Assembly: GCA_011364925.1 (NCBI GenBank)
Contig: RDOA01000009.1
Span: forward strand, 47,291-111,290
Direction of reading: 5' to 3'
DNA: 64,000 nt
From: Promethearchaeota archaeon
Lineage (GTDB): Archaea; Asgardarchaeota; Lokiarchaeia; Sigyniarchaeales; SOKP01
Shown here: positions 50,981 through 60,835 of the stretch, one piece after another
How positions within the stretch are numbered: the stretch's first letter is position 1
Layout of the letters: every line of letters starts with the position of its first letter
Position numbers and translations under genes: made by a program
Notes under the pieces: model-generated
The model's database searches: none
What the model saw: only the letters and a program-made list of their open reading frames with translations
Told to the model about the DNA's origin: nothing

Positions 50981-52282
50981 TTATATAAATGGATTTTTAT
51001 CTTTGAAAATCTTGTTTTTATATTGTTCCAGATCAGGGGGTGCCAGACCTTTATCCGTTGCTTCCTTTTTCATTGATTTGAGAATTTCTCCACAATTAAT
51101 TGACACGGGGCACCAGTGATAGCAATTTTCGCATCCTGTACACAAAAACAACCCATTTTTTACAGCAGATTCAATTCCATTATGGATATAATCTCTTATT
51201 ATCGCAGTAGCACCTAAACCATATTTGGACGCGTAAATATTCCCAAATGCTCGGGAAGCAGTGCAGGGAAATATACACGATTTGCACCCAAGACATTTTA
51301 AAAAATCAGCGTAAATTAGATTTTCTTTAGCTGCTTTTGTTCGCCAATCATCAACAAGAATTACTACTACTTCTTTTGCTCCATACATGCCTTGAACGCT
51401 TGTTCCTTGTATATCAGATGTATTTGATGGCCCTGAGATGAGACTTATATAATTAAAAGAAACATTGTTTATCCTAGATTGTAACTGGGTCATTAAAACA
51501 GCATCTAAGACGTTAGGGACGATTTTAGTAATACCACACACAACTATGTGTTTTTCAGTTGCTCTTGTAATAAGACTGATATTACCTTCATTTTCTCCTA
51601 GTACAATTGTTCCATCCTCGGCAGAAATTGCATTTGCAGATGTTAAGGAGACTTTTACATTATTAAGCAATTCATTTCTAAAAGTATTCCTAAAATATTC
51701 GACAATAGCTTGAGCTTTAGGTTCAAGTTCTACACCATGCACCTCTTTAATTTTATTGGCTATTTCTTCTTCTGTGAAATGGGCTCCCGGACCGACTTGA
51801 AAACTTGGCAAAGTGTAATTAAATAATTGAACAAGTACATCACCTAAATCGGTCTCTTTAATTTCAATATTATTTTCTTTTAGAACATCCAATATTCCAA
51901 TATCTTTTGCTTCGGTAGATTTTGATTTATATATGATCTTATTATCTCCTAATTCTTCCATGAATATCTTTTGAGCTTCCTCGTTAGTTTTTGCGTGATG
52001 AACGATAAAGTTCTTTTTACGCATGATATTTATACATTTTTCAACGTACATATCCATATTGTTTACAAATTCTTCCCGCATTTCGATGAATCTATCTCTA
52101 TTTCTATTAACAAATTCTCGACTTGTATCCTCGTACAAATATCTCATATCATGCTGTCTTGTTTTTATAGTACAAGCCATTTTCCAGAAAGTTCCAAATT
52201 TATTTTGTAAAGTTCCAGCTTTTTGAGAAGTTTCGATTTTTTCTTTAACCTTATCATATAATTCCTTTCCACTTTTACTCAA
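50981..52282 (-). CDS. LUD-domain Fe-S protein (LutB-like)
   Basis: KSKS, ETDLG, ENEGN, ISGPSNTSDI, CLGCKSC...CTGCENCYHWCP. Confidence 0.85.
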   Translation of the reverse strand: MSKSGKELYDKVKEKIETSQKAGTLQNKFGTFWKMACTIKTRQHDMRYLYEDTSREFVNRNRDRFIEMREEFVNNMDMYVEKCINIMRKKNFIVHHAKTNEEAQKIFMEELGDNKIIYKSKSTEAKDIGILDVLKENNIEIKETDLGDVLVQLFNYTLPSFQVGPGAHFTEEEIANKIKEVHGVELEPKAQAIVEYFRNTFRNELLNNVKVSLTSANAISAEDGTIVLGENEGNISLITRATEKHIVVCGITKIVPNVLDAVLMTQLQSRINNVSFNYISLISGPSNTSDIQGTSVQGMYGAKEVVVILVDDWRTKAAKENLIYADFLKCLGCKSCIFPCTASRAFGNIYASKYGLGATAIIRDYIHNGIESAVKNGLFLCTGCENCYHWCPVSINCGEILKSMKKEATDKGLAPPDLEQYKNKIFKDKNPFI

Positions 52283-53015
52283 TTAAAGGATCAACTCCTT
52301 CCATTAGTTTAATAATAAAATCTTCAAACTTAATTACGGGTTTTTTTAATTGGTTATCATCTTTAACACGCTTAAAAGCGGTATAACAAAATGGACAAGC
52401 AGTTAATAAAATCTTACCTCGATTTAATTGATCAAAAATCAACTTTGAATTGTAATCACTATTTTCCTTAAAAATTGAATATACACCTCCTCCAGCACCA
52501 CAACAAATACTATTAGTTTTATTATTTTCCATTTCTATGAGTTCAATGTTATCGATTGAGTTAATGATTTGTCTGGGTTCTTCAATTATTGGTACTGCAG
52601 CATTTCTTAAGTGACAAGCATCGTGATAACTTACTTTTAATCTTTTTCCAGAATATTGTAGGTTTAGTTTCTTAAGATTCTCTGGTTTCGCTAAGAATTG
52701 AAGCAAATGTTGGACATTAATTTTAAAATCGTTTCCTAAGAATAGAGTGTAATATTTTGTTAAATAATTATAGCATCCGGCACAAATAGTCACGATCTCA
52801 GATATTTCATGAATTTTGAACCAATTATTAACGAATTCAACATGATCTTTTAATTCTATATCGTTTCCAATATGATACGCCAAAGCACCGCAGCAAGGAG
52901 CATCGTCTAAAACTACATAGTCTGGATCTATGGATTTGATAAGTTTTATAGCGTTAGCGCAGGTATCTTTGTATTTTGTATTTGACAAACAACCTAAGAA
53001 GATTAATTTTTTCAT
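52275..53015 (-). CDS. CCG-domain Fe-S protein (LutA/GlpC/HdrB-like)
   Basis: FLGC, PCCG, CAGC, YHDACHL, CCGAGGG, ACPFC; overlaps the LUD gene by 8 bp. Confidence 0.88.
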   Translation of the reverse strand: MKKLIFLGCLSNTKYKDTCANAIKLIKSIDPDYVVLDDAPCCGALAYHIGNDIELKDHVEFVNNWFKIHEISEIVTICAGCYNYLTKYYTLFLGNDFKINVQHLLQFLAKPENLKKLNLQYSGKRLKVSYHDACHLRNAAVPIIEEPRQIINSIDNIELIEMENNKTNSICCGAGGGVYSIFKENSDYNSKLIFDQLNRGKILLTACPFCYTAFKRVKDDNQLKKPVIKFEDFIIKLMEGVDPLIE

Positions 53016-53161
53016 AGTAAGTAAAAAATCTGCTTTTAAAAAAAATTTGATATTATTTTATTTAAGCTTATATCATCTTATACCTAATCTTAAAATAATG
53101 GAAATTTAAAACATCTAAAATATTTTATAACCTAACTGAAAGAATAAGTGAGCTGATTATA

Positions 53162-53434
53162 ATACCAAAATTATTAGAAAATGAAGAGAAGAATTTTTCA
53201 CTTTTTCTCGATAAAAATAGATGTGGAGGATGTCAAATGTGTATTTCTCTATGTCCCACTGGTATTTTAGAGTTGAGTGATGAGTTGAACATGAGAATTG
53301 CTTATGTTCCTCAAGTTAAGGAAGGCAAGGGTAAATACTGTACAGGGTGTAGAAGATGCGAATATGGATGTCCTGATTGGTGTATTTATGTCTTGGATGA
53401 AGAGGAAATTAAAACTGAAAAAGCTAAAACTTAG
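53162..53434 (+). CDS. 2-oxoacid:ferredoxin oxidoreductase delta subunit (2x[4Fe-4S] ferredoxin)
   Basis: The first cluster motif CGGCQMC...CP begins upstream of the ORF-track ATG (53237); the second is CTGCRRCEYGCP. No canonical start exists upstream, so ATA 53162 is assumed. Confidence 0.85.
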   Translation: MPKLLENEEKNFSLFLDKNRCGGCQMCISLCPTGILELSDELNMRIAYVPQVKEGKGKYCTGCRRCEYGCPDWCIYVLDEEEIKTEKAKT

Positions 53435-53451
53435 AGTGGTGAAAAGAATAT

Positions 53452-54624
53452 ATGAGTGATAAAGATACTAAAAGATATCTCCCAGAAGGTAAGTATATTA
53501 TGATGGGAAATGTAGCAATGGCAGAGGGAGCATTAGCTGCAGGTTTAAACTTTTTTGGAGGTTATCCGATAACTCCTTCAACAGAAGTGATAGAACATCT
53601 TGCAAAGCGATTACCTGAAGTTGGAGGAACTTGTCTTCAAATGGAAGACGAGTTAGCGTCAATTAACGCCGTCATGGGGGCGTCTTTAGCTGGAGCTAAA
53701 GCGATGACTGCGACTTCTGGACCGGGTCTTTCTTTAATGGTTGAAACTATCTCAATGGCAGCAAATCTTGAAATACCTTTTGTTTTTTGTGATGTTCAAC
53801 GCGTTGGTCCGGGTAGTCATGGACCTGTAACCGCCCCGCATCATAATGATATTGGATTAGTTCGTTTTGCAGGTCATGGAGAATTTCAAGTCATTGCGTT
53901 AGCTCCTATGAACTGCCAAGAACTCTTTGACTTGACAATAACAGCATTTAATTTTGCTGAAACTTATCGATGTCCTGTATTTATTCTCTCAGATGCCTAT
54001 TTAGGACACATTCATGAACCAGTTTATGTTCCATCAAAAGAAGAAGTAATTAAAAGAGTTATTATGCGTGAACTGCCCCAAGATTATTCTAAAATCTATT
54101 CTTACAAAGATAACGACACTGGAGCGTATGTCATCCCTAAACCTCCAATAATAGGCACAGATTATTACCCACCTACAGCTTTACAATTACCTCATACAAC
54201 ACAAGGTCTTCCAACATCTAATATCTTATCATTTATGGAAATATTGATTGAAAAAGTAAAATCAAACATTGATAAAATATCATTAACCGAAGAATATCGA
54301 TTAGAAGATGCGGATATTGTAATAATTGCCTACGGTCTACCAGTGAGAGCTAGTTATCGAGCAGTCGATGAAGCTAGAGATATGGGAATAAAAGTTGGTG
54401 TATTTAGGTTAATAACCGTTTGGCCATTTCCTGATGAGAAGGTAAGAGAAGTAGTAGAAAATTGTAAAGCAATAATTATACCTGAACTAAATTATACCGG
54501 ATTTATCGCTGAACAAGTGGAGAGAGTCAAAAAGCCTGAAACTCCGATGACTAAAATCCCAAAAGTGGGTGTTTTCCATCATCCAGATGATATCTTAAAT
54601 GTTATAAAGGAGGTATCAAAATAA
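53452..54624 (+). CDS. 2-oxoacid:ferredoxin oxidoreductase alpha subunit
   Basis: GYPITPSTE, QMEDELAS, TATSGPG, QRVGP. Confidence 0.93.
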   Translation: MSDKDTKRYLPEGKYIMMGNVAMAEGALAAGLNFFGGYPITPSTEVIEHLAKRLPEVGGTCLQMEDELASINAVMGASLAGAKAMTATSGPGLSLMVETISMAANLEIPFVFCDVQRVGPGSHGPVTAPHHNDIGLVRFAGHGEFQVIALAPMNCQELFDLTITAFNFAETYRCPVFILSDAYLGHIHEPVYVPSKEEVIKRVIMRELPQDYSKIYSYKDNDTGAYVIPKPPIIGTDYYPPTALQLPHTTQGLPTSNILSFMEILIEKVKSNIDKISLTEEYRLEDADIVIIAYGLPVRASYRAVDEARDMGIKVGVFRLITVWPFPDEKVREVVENCKAIIIPELNYTGFIAEQVERVKKPETPMTKIPKVGVFHHPDDILNVIKEVSK

Positions 54625-55541
54625 TGTCAGATTTAGGTCCGCGTTATCCAACAGAAAAACCAGTTCAACCTTACATTCAATATTCATATGGAGGATATCT
54701 TTATGGCAAATATAATTCCCTATTTTGTGCCGGGTGCGGGTATGGTATTATAGGTCATCTTTTTACTCGCATGTTTGAGGATGAGAAACTAGATCCAAAA
54801 TTGTATCCATTAATTATCGGTGTTGGTTGCTATACCCAAATAGTAACATTAGCTCATTATAAAGCTCAAAAGATTACTACACTTCACGGTCGTGCTCCAG
54901 CAGTAGCAACGGGAGTGAAAATGGCGAATCCAAACTTGAAACCCATTGTTTTTACCGGTGATGGAGATTGTTTAGGAATTGGAGGAAATCACTTTATTCA
55001 TATCTGTCGAAGAAATGTTGATTGTACCATCCTTATCTTCAATAATAGCATATATGGAATGACGGGGGGTCAAAGTGCTCCTACTACTTTGTATGGGGCA
55101 AAAAGCACAACTACTCCTTACAAAGTATTCGAAGAAAGAAGTGATGCCGTGAAATTAGCATTAGCTGCTGGTGCCACATATATCGCTAGAACCACTGTAG
55201 CACACCCACGAACATTTTTGAAATACTTCAAAAAGGCTTTAAACCATAAAGGAACTTCAGTGATTGAAGTCATTACGCCTTGTTTAACATATTTTGGGAG
55301 CAAAAATCTTGATAATCTCGGTGCTGAAAATTTGGGTCTTCCAGGCAATAAAATGGATACTGGAGGAAAAATGATAGAATGGATAAAAAGAAACACTATA
55401 AGAAAAAATCAAGCAAAGTTCATGGATGATAATGAACTTCTTAATAGGTATGTTATTGGTGAATTTCGCTACGACACTAGTAAACCCGAATACTCAGAAG
55501 TATATGCCAAGATTCAGAAAGTTGCGATGGGAGATGATTAA
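54624..55541 (+). CDS. 2-oxoacid:ferredoxin oxidoreductase beta subunit
   Basis: FCAGCG, GVGC, LHGR, GDGD...NNSIYGMTGGQ (TPP motif). Confidence 0.93.
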   Translation: MSDLGPRYPTEKPVQPYIQYSYGGYLYGKYNSLFCAGCGYGIIGHLFTRMFEDEKLDPKLYPLIIGVGCYTQIVTLAHYKAQKITTLHGRAPAVATGVKMANPNLKPIVFTGDGDCLGIGGNHFIHICRRNVDCTILIFNNSIYGMTGGQSAPTTLYGAKSTTTPYKVFEERSDAVKLALAAGATYIARTTVAHPRTFLKYFKKALNHKGTSVIEVITPCLTYFGSKNLDNLGAENLGLPGNKMDTGGKMIEWIKRNTIRKNQAKFMDDNELLNRYVIGEFRYDTSKPEYSEVYAKIQKVAMGDD

Positions 55542-55543
55542 AC

Positions 55544-56143
55544 ATGAGTAGATACGAAGTTAGAATTGTTGGATATGGTGGGCAGGGAGTGATTACGCTC
55601 AGTAAAATGATAATTAACGCGAGCTCATTATATGGAAATTTAGCAGCTACACAAACCGAAGCATATGGATCTTCTGCTCGAGGAGGAAGGTGTTGGGCCG
55701 AAGTGGTTATAGAATTAGATAAGAATATAAAATCGATAGATTATCCTAAAGCCATGGAACCTTACGATTTCTTGGTTGTTCTTTCAGAGGAAGCCGCTAA
55801 AAATGTAAAACCAGATAATCTCAAAAAGGACGAAAACACAGGATATCTGATATGGGATACTTCTACAATTCAATCATTTCGAGCTGCAAAACAAATTGAT
55901 AAAGCGATTGGTATTCCGATCCAAAGAATAGCTGTGGAAGTCTTCAATAATATGGTGTTTGGAAACTCAATTCTATTTGGAGTTTTTACTAGTCTTTCTA
56001 AAATTTTTTCTGAGCAGTCAGCCATCGAAACTATTAAAAAATTCGTTCCAAGTGCAACCATTAATCAAAATTTAGAGGCATTCGAATTAGGAAAACAAGA
56101 AGCAGAGAAATTCCTTATTAAATTGAAGGAGGCAGCAAATTAG
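55544..56143 (+). CDS. 2-oxoacid:ferredoxin oxidoreductase gamma subunit
   Basis: GYGGQG, YGSSARGG, GNSILFG, NLEAFELG. Confidence 0.93.
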   Translation: MSRYEVRIVGYGGQGVITLSKMIINASSLYGNLAATQTEAYGSSARGGRCWAEVVIELDKNIKSIDYPKAMEPYDFLVVLSEEAAKNVKPDNLKKDENTGYLIWDTSTIQSFRAAKQIDKAIGIPIQRIAVEVFNNMVFGNSILFGVFTSLSKIFSEQSAIETIKKFVPSATINQNLEAFELGKQEAEKFLIKLKEAAN

Positions 56144-56144
56144 G

Positions 56145-57962
56145 ATGCATATTGGTAAAATCCAGAAAGGTTGGAAGGAACTATCTGAAGAAGTAATTCA
56201 AACTGGGAAATGTGTGTATTGTGGAGCGTGCGGAGCTTTCTGTGCTAACATTAAATTTGACAAAGAAAAAGAGATTCCCATTGAAGATGGATCTTGTAAA
56301 GATGTTAACACATGTAAAGACGGTTACGGTCTTTGTTATAATCTTTGTCCAAAAACTGAAACTGAAGTTATTCCTTCATCCCTATTAGATAAATGGGTTT
56401 TTGGAAAAAAGCATGACAAGATTTTGGGGCACTATCTAGAAATCACTTCAATAAAACTTACAGATAAAGCCAGAGAGAGCATACCAGAAAATGCTGGACC
56501 GTTATCAGGATTATTGTGGTTAGCGATGCAAAACGGTTTAGTTGATGCTTCGATCATTACTGATAAAGACGGTAATTTTAGACCTTTTCCTATGATCGCT
56601 CAAAATTCGCAAGAAATTTTCAAAGGATCTGGATATAAACCAAGCCAAGGTCCAATGCTTTCACTTTTAGGAGATGCTATCAACCGAGAAAACGTAAATA
56701 TTGCAGTCGTAGGAACTCCTTGTCAGATTCAAGCTCTAAGGAAATTACAGAACCATCCCGCATTTGATTACGAGGCTTACGATTTAGTATCTTTAGCTAT
56801 CGGAACATTCTGCTTTGGAACATATTATAATCAGTTGCTGGAGAAGGTTTATAAAGAGTATGGAATCAATACAAGCGAGATAAGTAAAATCGACACTGAT
56901 AAAGAGAATTTTAAACTGATGGTGCATTGTAATTCGACGGCAAAGGATATCCCGTTAAACTATTTATACGATACAGCAGTTAGAAAAGCTTGTTTTTCTT
57001 GTTCTGATTACACCGCATCGTTCGCAGATTTATCAATCGGAAAATTTGGCAGTAAAGAGGGGTGGAACACTGTAATTGTCAGAACAGAAAAAGGTAAAGA
57101 GGTTTTGGGTTTAGCCGTTGAAAAAGGTTTCATCGAAAAAGTACCTTTAGAAAATACGATGAAGGAACTTGTCTTAGAACTGACCAGAAACAAAACAGAG
57201 ATAGTAAAAATAGAATCTATTACAAAACACTCCTCAGAAATAAGAAGTTTTTTAATTAGAAACTCTAGGATTGCTGATGCTTATAAACCAGGCATGTTTG
57301 TAATTTTATGGCTTCCTGATTACGACTTTCTACCAATGTCCATCTCGGGCTTACAAGAAGACCTCATCGAAATAACGGTTAAAAAAGTCGGAGATGGAAC
57401 TAGGAAACTGTTCGAATTAAATGTAGGGGACTCAATTGGAATAAGAGGCCCTTTTGGTAATTCATTTACTTATGAAGATTCTAATAATATCCTTGTTGTT
57501 GGAGGAGGAATGGGAATCGCAGCACTAACTACTTTAATAGAAGTTCTAAACAAGAAAAAGGCAAATCTACAAGTGGCGATTGGAGCGAAAGACGAGGATT
57601 CCTTGATATTCGGAGAGCGATTATTGGGATTGATTCCAAATACGATGTGCACTACGGAAGATGGATCTATAGGTAAGAAATGCTTAGTGACAGATCCGGT
57701 TGAAGAACTAATTAATAAAGAGAATTTTGACACAATATTTACATGCGGACCAGAAGTTATGATGAAAAAAGTGCTTGAACTAGCAGATTCTAAAAATATT
57801 CAAGTTCAAGCTAGTTTAGAAAGAAAAATGAAATGTGGATTAGGACTTTGCGGCTCTTGTTGCATAGGAGAAGGTAACAACATCACTGTATGCAAGGATG
57901 GACCTGTCTTTAAGTCAAATCAGTTAAAGAGTTTTCCTCAATTTGGGACTTATAAAAAATAA
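56145..57962 (+). CDS. Fusion: ferredoxin + FrhB/FdhB (F420-binding) domain + PyrK-like FAD/NAD/[2Fe-2S] domain
   Basis: CVYCGAC, VVGTPCQI.A, IGTFC, ACFSCSDY..ADLSIG, GWNTVIVRTEKG. Then PGMF..LW, IRGPFGN, VGGGMG, CGPEVMM, SLERKMKCGLGLCGSC...CKDGPVF. Confidence 0.9.
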   Translation: MHIGKIQKGWKELSEEVIQTGKCVYCGACGAFCANIKFDKEKEIPIEDGSCKDVNTCKDGYGLCYNLCPKTETEVIPSSLLDKWVFGKKHDKILGHYLEITSIKLTDKARESIPENAGPLSGLLWLAMQNGLVDASIITDKDGNFRPFPMIAQNSQEIFKGSGYKPSQGPMLSLLGDAINRENVNIAVVGTPCQIQALRKLQNHPAFDYEAYDLVSLAIGTFCFGTYYNQLLEKVYKEYGINTSEISKIDTDKENFKLMVHCNSTAKDIPLNYLYDTAVRKACFSCSDYTASFADLSIGKFGSKEGWNTVIVRTEKGKEVLGLAVEKGFIEKVPLENTMKELVLELTRNKTEIVKIESITKHSSEIRSFLIRNSRIADAYKPGMFVILWLPDYDFLPMSISGLQEDLIEITVKKVGDGTRKLFELNVGDSIGIRGPFGNSFTYEDSNNILVVGGGMGIAALTTLIEVLNKKKANLQVAIGAKDEDSLIFGERLLGLIPNTMCTTEDGSIGKKCLVTDPVEELINKENFDTIFTCGPEVMMKKVLELADSKNIQVQASLERKMKCGLGLCGSCCIGEGNNITVCKDGPVFKSNQLKSFPQFGTYKK

Positions 57963-57974
57963 TTATATTTATTT

Positions 57975-58841
57975 TTACTTCTCCGGGATACTATTTGAGC
58001 AAGATACACCTACTTGACATAAACCGCAACCATAGATATTAATTCCGTAATTTTCCTTAATATATGGAATTGTACCCATAACATGTTTAGAACACAACAT
58101 TTTATCGTGACCTCTTTCAAGGCTTATTGCTTTAACGGGACAACGGTCAATGCAATCACCACATTTAGTGCAATATTCGTATGGATCCGAAGGTCTTTTT
58201 TTAGCATCAGAAGACAATTCATAGTTAACGATTATACTTCCACACCTCATTGCTTTTCCCCGTGCGTTGATAAAACCATCAGATAATCCAAATGAACCTA
58301 ACCCCGCGGCGAAACAACAATGTCTGTGGGACCAATTCGAAGCCCAAACTTTACGATTGATTTTAAACAATTGCTTCTCGTTTGTAGGAGCCATTGAATT
58401 AATGCCAATTTTTTTTAGTTCTTCAATTAAGTGTTTTTGAATGCTCACGTTAGCTTCTTCCCCGAACAGGCGCGTGTTAGCCCATCGCTCGGAAGGCATT
58501 TCTTTAGAATATATGAGGTTTTCATCTTTAGTTTTCACATTTATCGGGAGGATATAAGCGACGACAAACAAACTATTTGTAAGGAGAGGTATATCGTTAT
58601 TTTCACAATACCAGGTAAATGCTTCTTCTGGAGTGAGATAAAATTCACCTATAATCTCCTTATATTTGCTGAAGATGGGATCGTCTCCACGCACAAATCC
58701 AACGAGAACATCTGGTTCAAAAAAGTAGGAATTGTCCACCTTTTTCATCCTATTCCTCTCGTCTTTTTCCAAAAAACTGTTAATCTTCTCTAAAAACCAA
58801 TCTTTATTTATACCCATAAGTAAGTAAAACCTTCTCAACAC
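57975..58841 (-). CDS. Epoxyqueuosine reductase (QueG)-like Fe-S protein
   Basis: WSHRH..FAAGLGSFGL, CTKCGDCIDRCP, CGLCQVGVSC. Confidence 0.75.
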   Translation of the reverse strand: MLRRFYLLMGINKDWFLEKINSFLEKDERNRMKKVDNSYFFEPDVLVGFVRGDDPIFSKYKEIIGEFYLTPEEAFTWYCENNDIPLLTNSLFVVAYILPINVKTKDENLIYSKEMPSERWANTRLFGEEANVSIQKHLIEELKKIGINSMAPTNEKQLFKINRKVWASNWSHRHCCFAAGLGSFGLSDGFINARGKAMRCGSIIVNYELSSDAKKRPSDPYEYCTKCGDCIDRCPVKAISLERGHDKMLCSKHVMGTIPYIKENYGINIYGCGLCQVGVSCSNSIPEK

Positions 58842-58912
58842 TTAAATGATAAACTTTTCTAATTTACATATAAATTTAATTTCCCTTTAACTTTAATCAA
58901 CAATTCTTATGC

Positions 58913-59440
58913 TTATACTTGTGATATACTCCATTTATTTAGCTTTAACTTACATGTTAGACAGTAGGATGCTTGCATTTGATGGACATCATAAATATTA
59001 TTTGAGGGGGCCATTGAGCAGGGAGATTGACAATGTGTTAGTCCAAATACATGGCCAATTTCATGCAATATGACCTTGTGCAAGTTCTCGATATTGTTTT
59101 CAAGCCTAAAAGTAGATATTACTGAACCAGCATTTGGAACTCCGATCCCAAACACATAGTTTAAATCTCTGAGATAAATGTCCTCTGAGATTATCGTTAA
59201 AACAATTCTGTTGAATCTTTTTTTCACTACATAATCAAAAAGACATTCTACATTATATTGATTGCGAGAAGCAATCCAACACTCTTTAGGGACATCAAAA
59301 TTTTGATCTAGAATAACATCCTTTAAAAAAGTAAAATTTTTGGACATAAAAACTTCTAAATCAGGGAGATTCAACTCTGAAACTCGAGATTCGACTAGAA
59401 TATAAAGTTTAATTCTTGAATACCTCCAAATTAATTCCAA
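58913..59440 (-). CDS. Archaemetzincin (M54 zinc protease)
   Basis: RNQY, DIY..LNYVFG, HEIGHVFGLTHC..CSM, YCLTC. Confidence 0.9.
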   Translation of the reverse strand: MELIWRYSRIKLYILVESRVSELNLPDLEVFMSKNFTFLKDVILDQNFDVPKECWIASRNQYNVECLFDYVVKKRFNRIVLTIISEDIYLRDLNYVFGIGVPNAGSVISTFRLENNIENLHKVILHEIGHVFGLTHCQSPCSMAPSNNIYDVHQMQASYCLTCKLKLNKWSISQV

Positions 59441-59492
59441 AATTCGTTTAATTTTTATTTAACTTTATTTTACTAAAGTTTAATTTCTTTTA

Positions 59493-60461
59493 TTGTTTCT
59501 TTTTGATAAAGTGGAGAACTATAATCTTAAAAAAGGAATAATATACGCTTCAATTTGTATATTCACAATTGGCCTCCAACCAGTAATTACAATTGCTCGA
59601 CCCAGTGTAATTGATCCCTACTTATTTGGAGCTATTACTGCTCTCTTTGAAGCAATTTTACTATTACCGATATTCTTATTAGAAAATAATAAATTGAAGA
59701 GAAGTTTAAAAGGTGATCCTTTACTAGATAAAAAAACTCTTTCCTTAATTCATGGTTGGAAAAAAAAGTCAAATATAAGAACCATCGCAATAATAGGATT
59801 AACATTTAGCGTAGTTCCAATAATGCTATATATTGGTTATGATCTTGCGGGGGGAATTTTGTCGAGTTTGACTATGAAATCAGAAATAATTTTTGCTTTA
59901 ATGTTTGGATATTTATTTTTACGAGAGAAAATCAATAAAATTCAAATTTTATTTTGCTTTGTTTTATTTTTTGGTTTGGTTATCGCGATTACAGGTGGTT
60001 CGTTCAACTTACTTGAGTTTAATTTAGGTGTTTTTATTCTTCTCGTAAGCACAGCCTTGTTTACTCTTGTTCATACGCTTACAAAAATAAGCTTTGAAAG
60101 AAATGAATTATATCCATCCCAGGTAGTATTTATTCGAAATGTATTGTCTGGGATTATCTTAATTATATTTTACATTTCCTTTTTTCCTCTATCTAATCTA
60201 TTATTGTTATTTGATCCTCTAAATTTTGCATTTTTTATAATAATGAGTGTAGATTATGGCCTCAGTTTATATCTTTGGTATAAAGCTCTAACCTATATAG
60301 AAATTGGGAAAACAACTATCATAATGTCATTAACCCCGATTGTTTCTTCGGTATTTTCGGTCTTAATCCTTGGTGCAGTTTTTACTCCTTTTCACTTGAT
60401 TGGAATAATTATCGTAATCTTTTCCATTATTATGATTGTAAAAGGGAAAAAAAGTAATTAA
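59493..60461 (+). CDS. DMT/EamA family transporter
   Basis: About 10 TM with two EamA repeats; paralogue of 62117-63058. Confidence 0.88.
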   Translation: MFLFDKVENYNLKKGIIYASICIFTIGLQPVITIARPSVIDPYLFGAITALFEAILLLPIFLLENNKLKRSLKGDPLLDKKTLSLIHGWKKKSNIRTIAIIGLTFSVVPIMLYIGYDLAGGILSSLTMKSEIIFALMFGYLFLREKINKIQILFCFVLFFGLVIAITGGSFNLLEFNLGVFILLVSTALFTLVHTLTKISFERNELYPSQVVFIRNVLSGIILIIFYISFFPLSNLLLLFDPLNFAFFIIMSVDYGLSLYLWYKALTYIEIGKTTIIMSLTPIVSSVFSVLILGAVFTPFHLIGIIIVIFSIIMIVKGKKSN

Positions 60462-60468
60462 TAATGGA

Positions 60469-60768
60469 TTACGTTAAATCTTGACCACAATGGGGGCAAA
60501 TCTTTAAATTTTCTTCTATTTTTTCACCACAATAGGTACAGAAGTTCGCAGCCGTTTCCGTTTTCTTATCCTTTTTTTTATAATATTTGGCGGAATAAGG
60601 ATTATCAGAGCTTATGCCCTCGCCTAGTTTAGAACGGCCAGTAAACATTTTAACAACGAAGTATATTATGACAATAAACACAATAACAAAAACAATGATT
60701 ATGACTATAATCATTATTGCGAAGGGTCCAAATAAATTGAAAGGATCAAACATATTTTTTTTTTTCAC
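60469..60768 (-). CDS. Single-TM protein with C-terminal zinc ribbon
   Basis: Hydrophobic helix followed by FCTYCG...ICPHCG. Confidence 0.8.
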   Translation of the reverse strand: MKKKNMFDPFNLFGPFAIMIIVIIIVFVIVFIVIIYFVVKMFTGRSKLGEGISSDNPYSAKYYKKKDKKTETAANFCTYCGEKIEENLKICPHCGQDLT

Positions 60769-60835
60769 CTATTTTTTTGGAATGTTGTTTCTAATCATTA
60801 TGTTGATTAAGGATTAATAAATAAATTCCTTATAT

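Noticed and set aside
57975-58841. Reductive dehalogenase
   Set aside because: Short, with no Tat signal or RdhB anchor; fits the generic QueG-like family.
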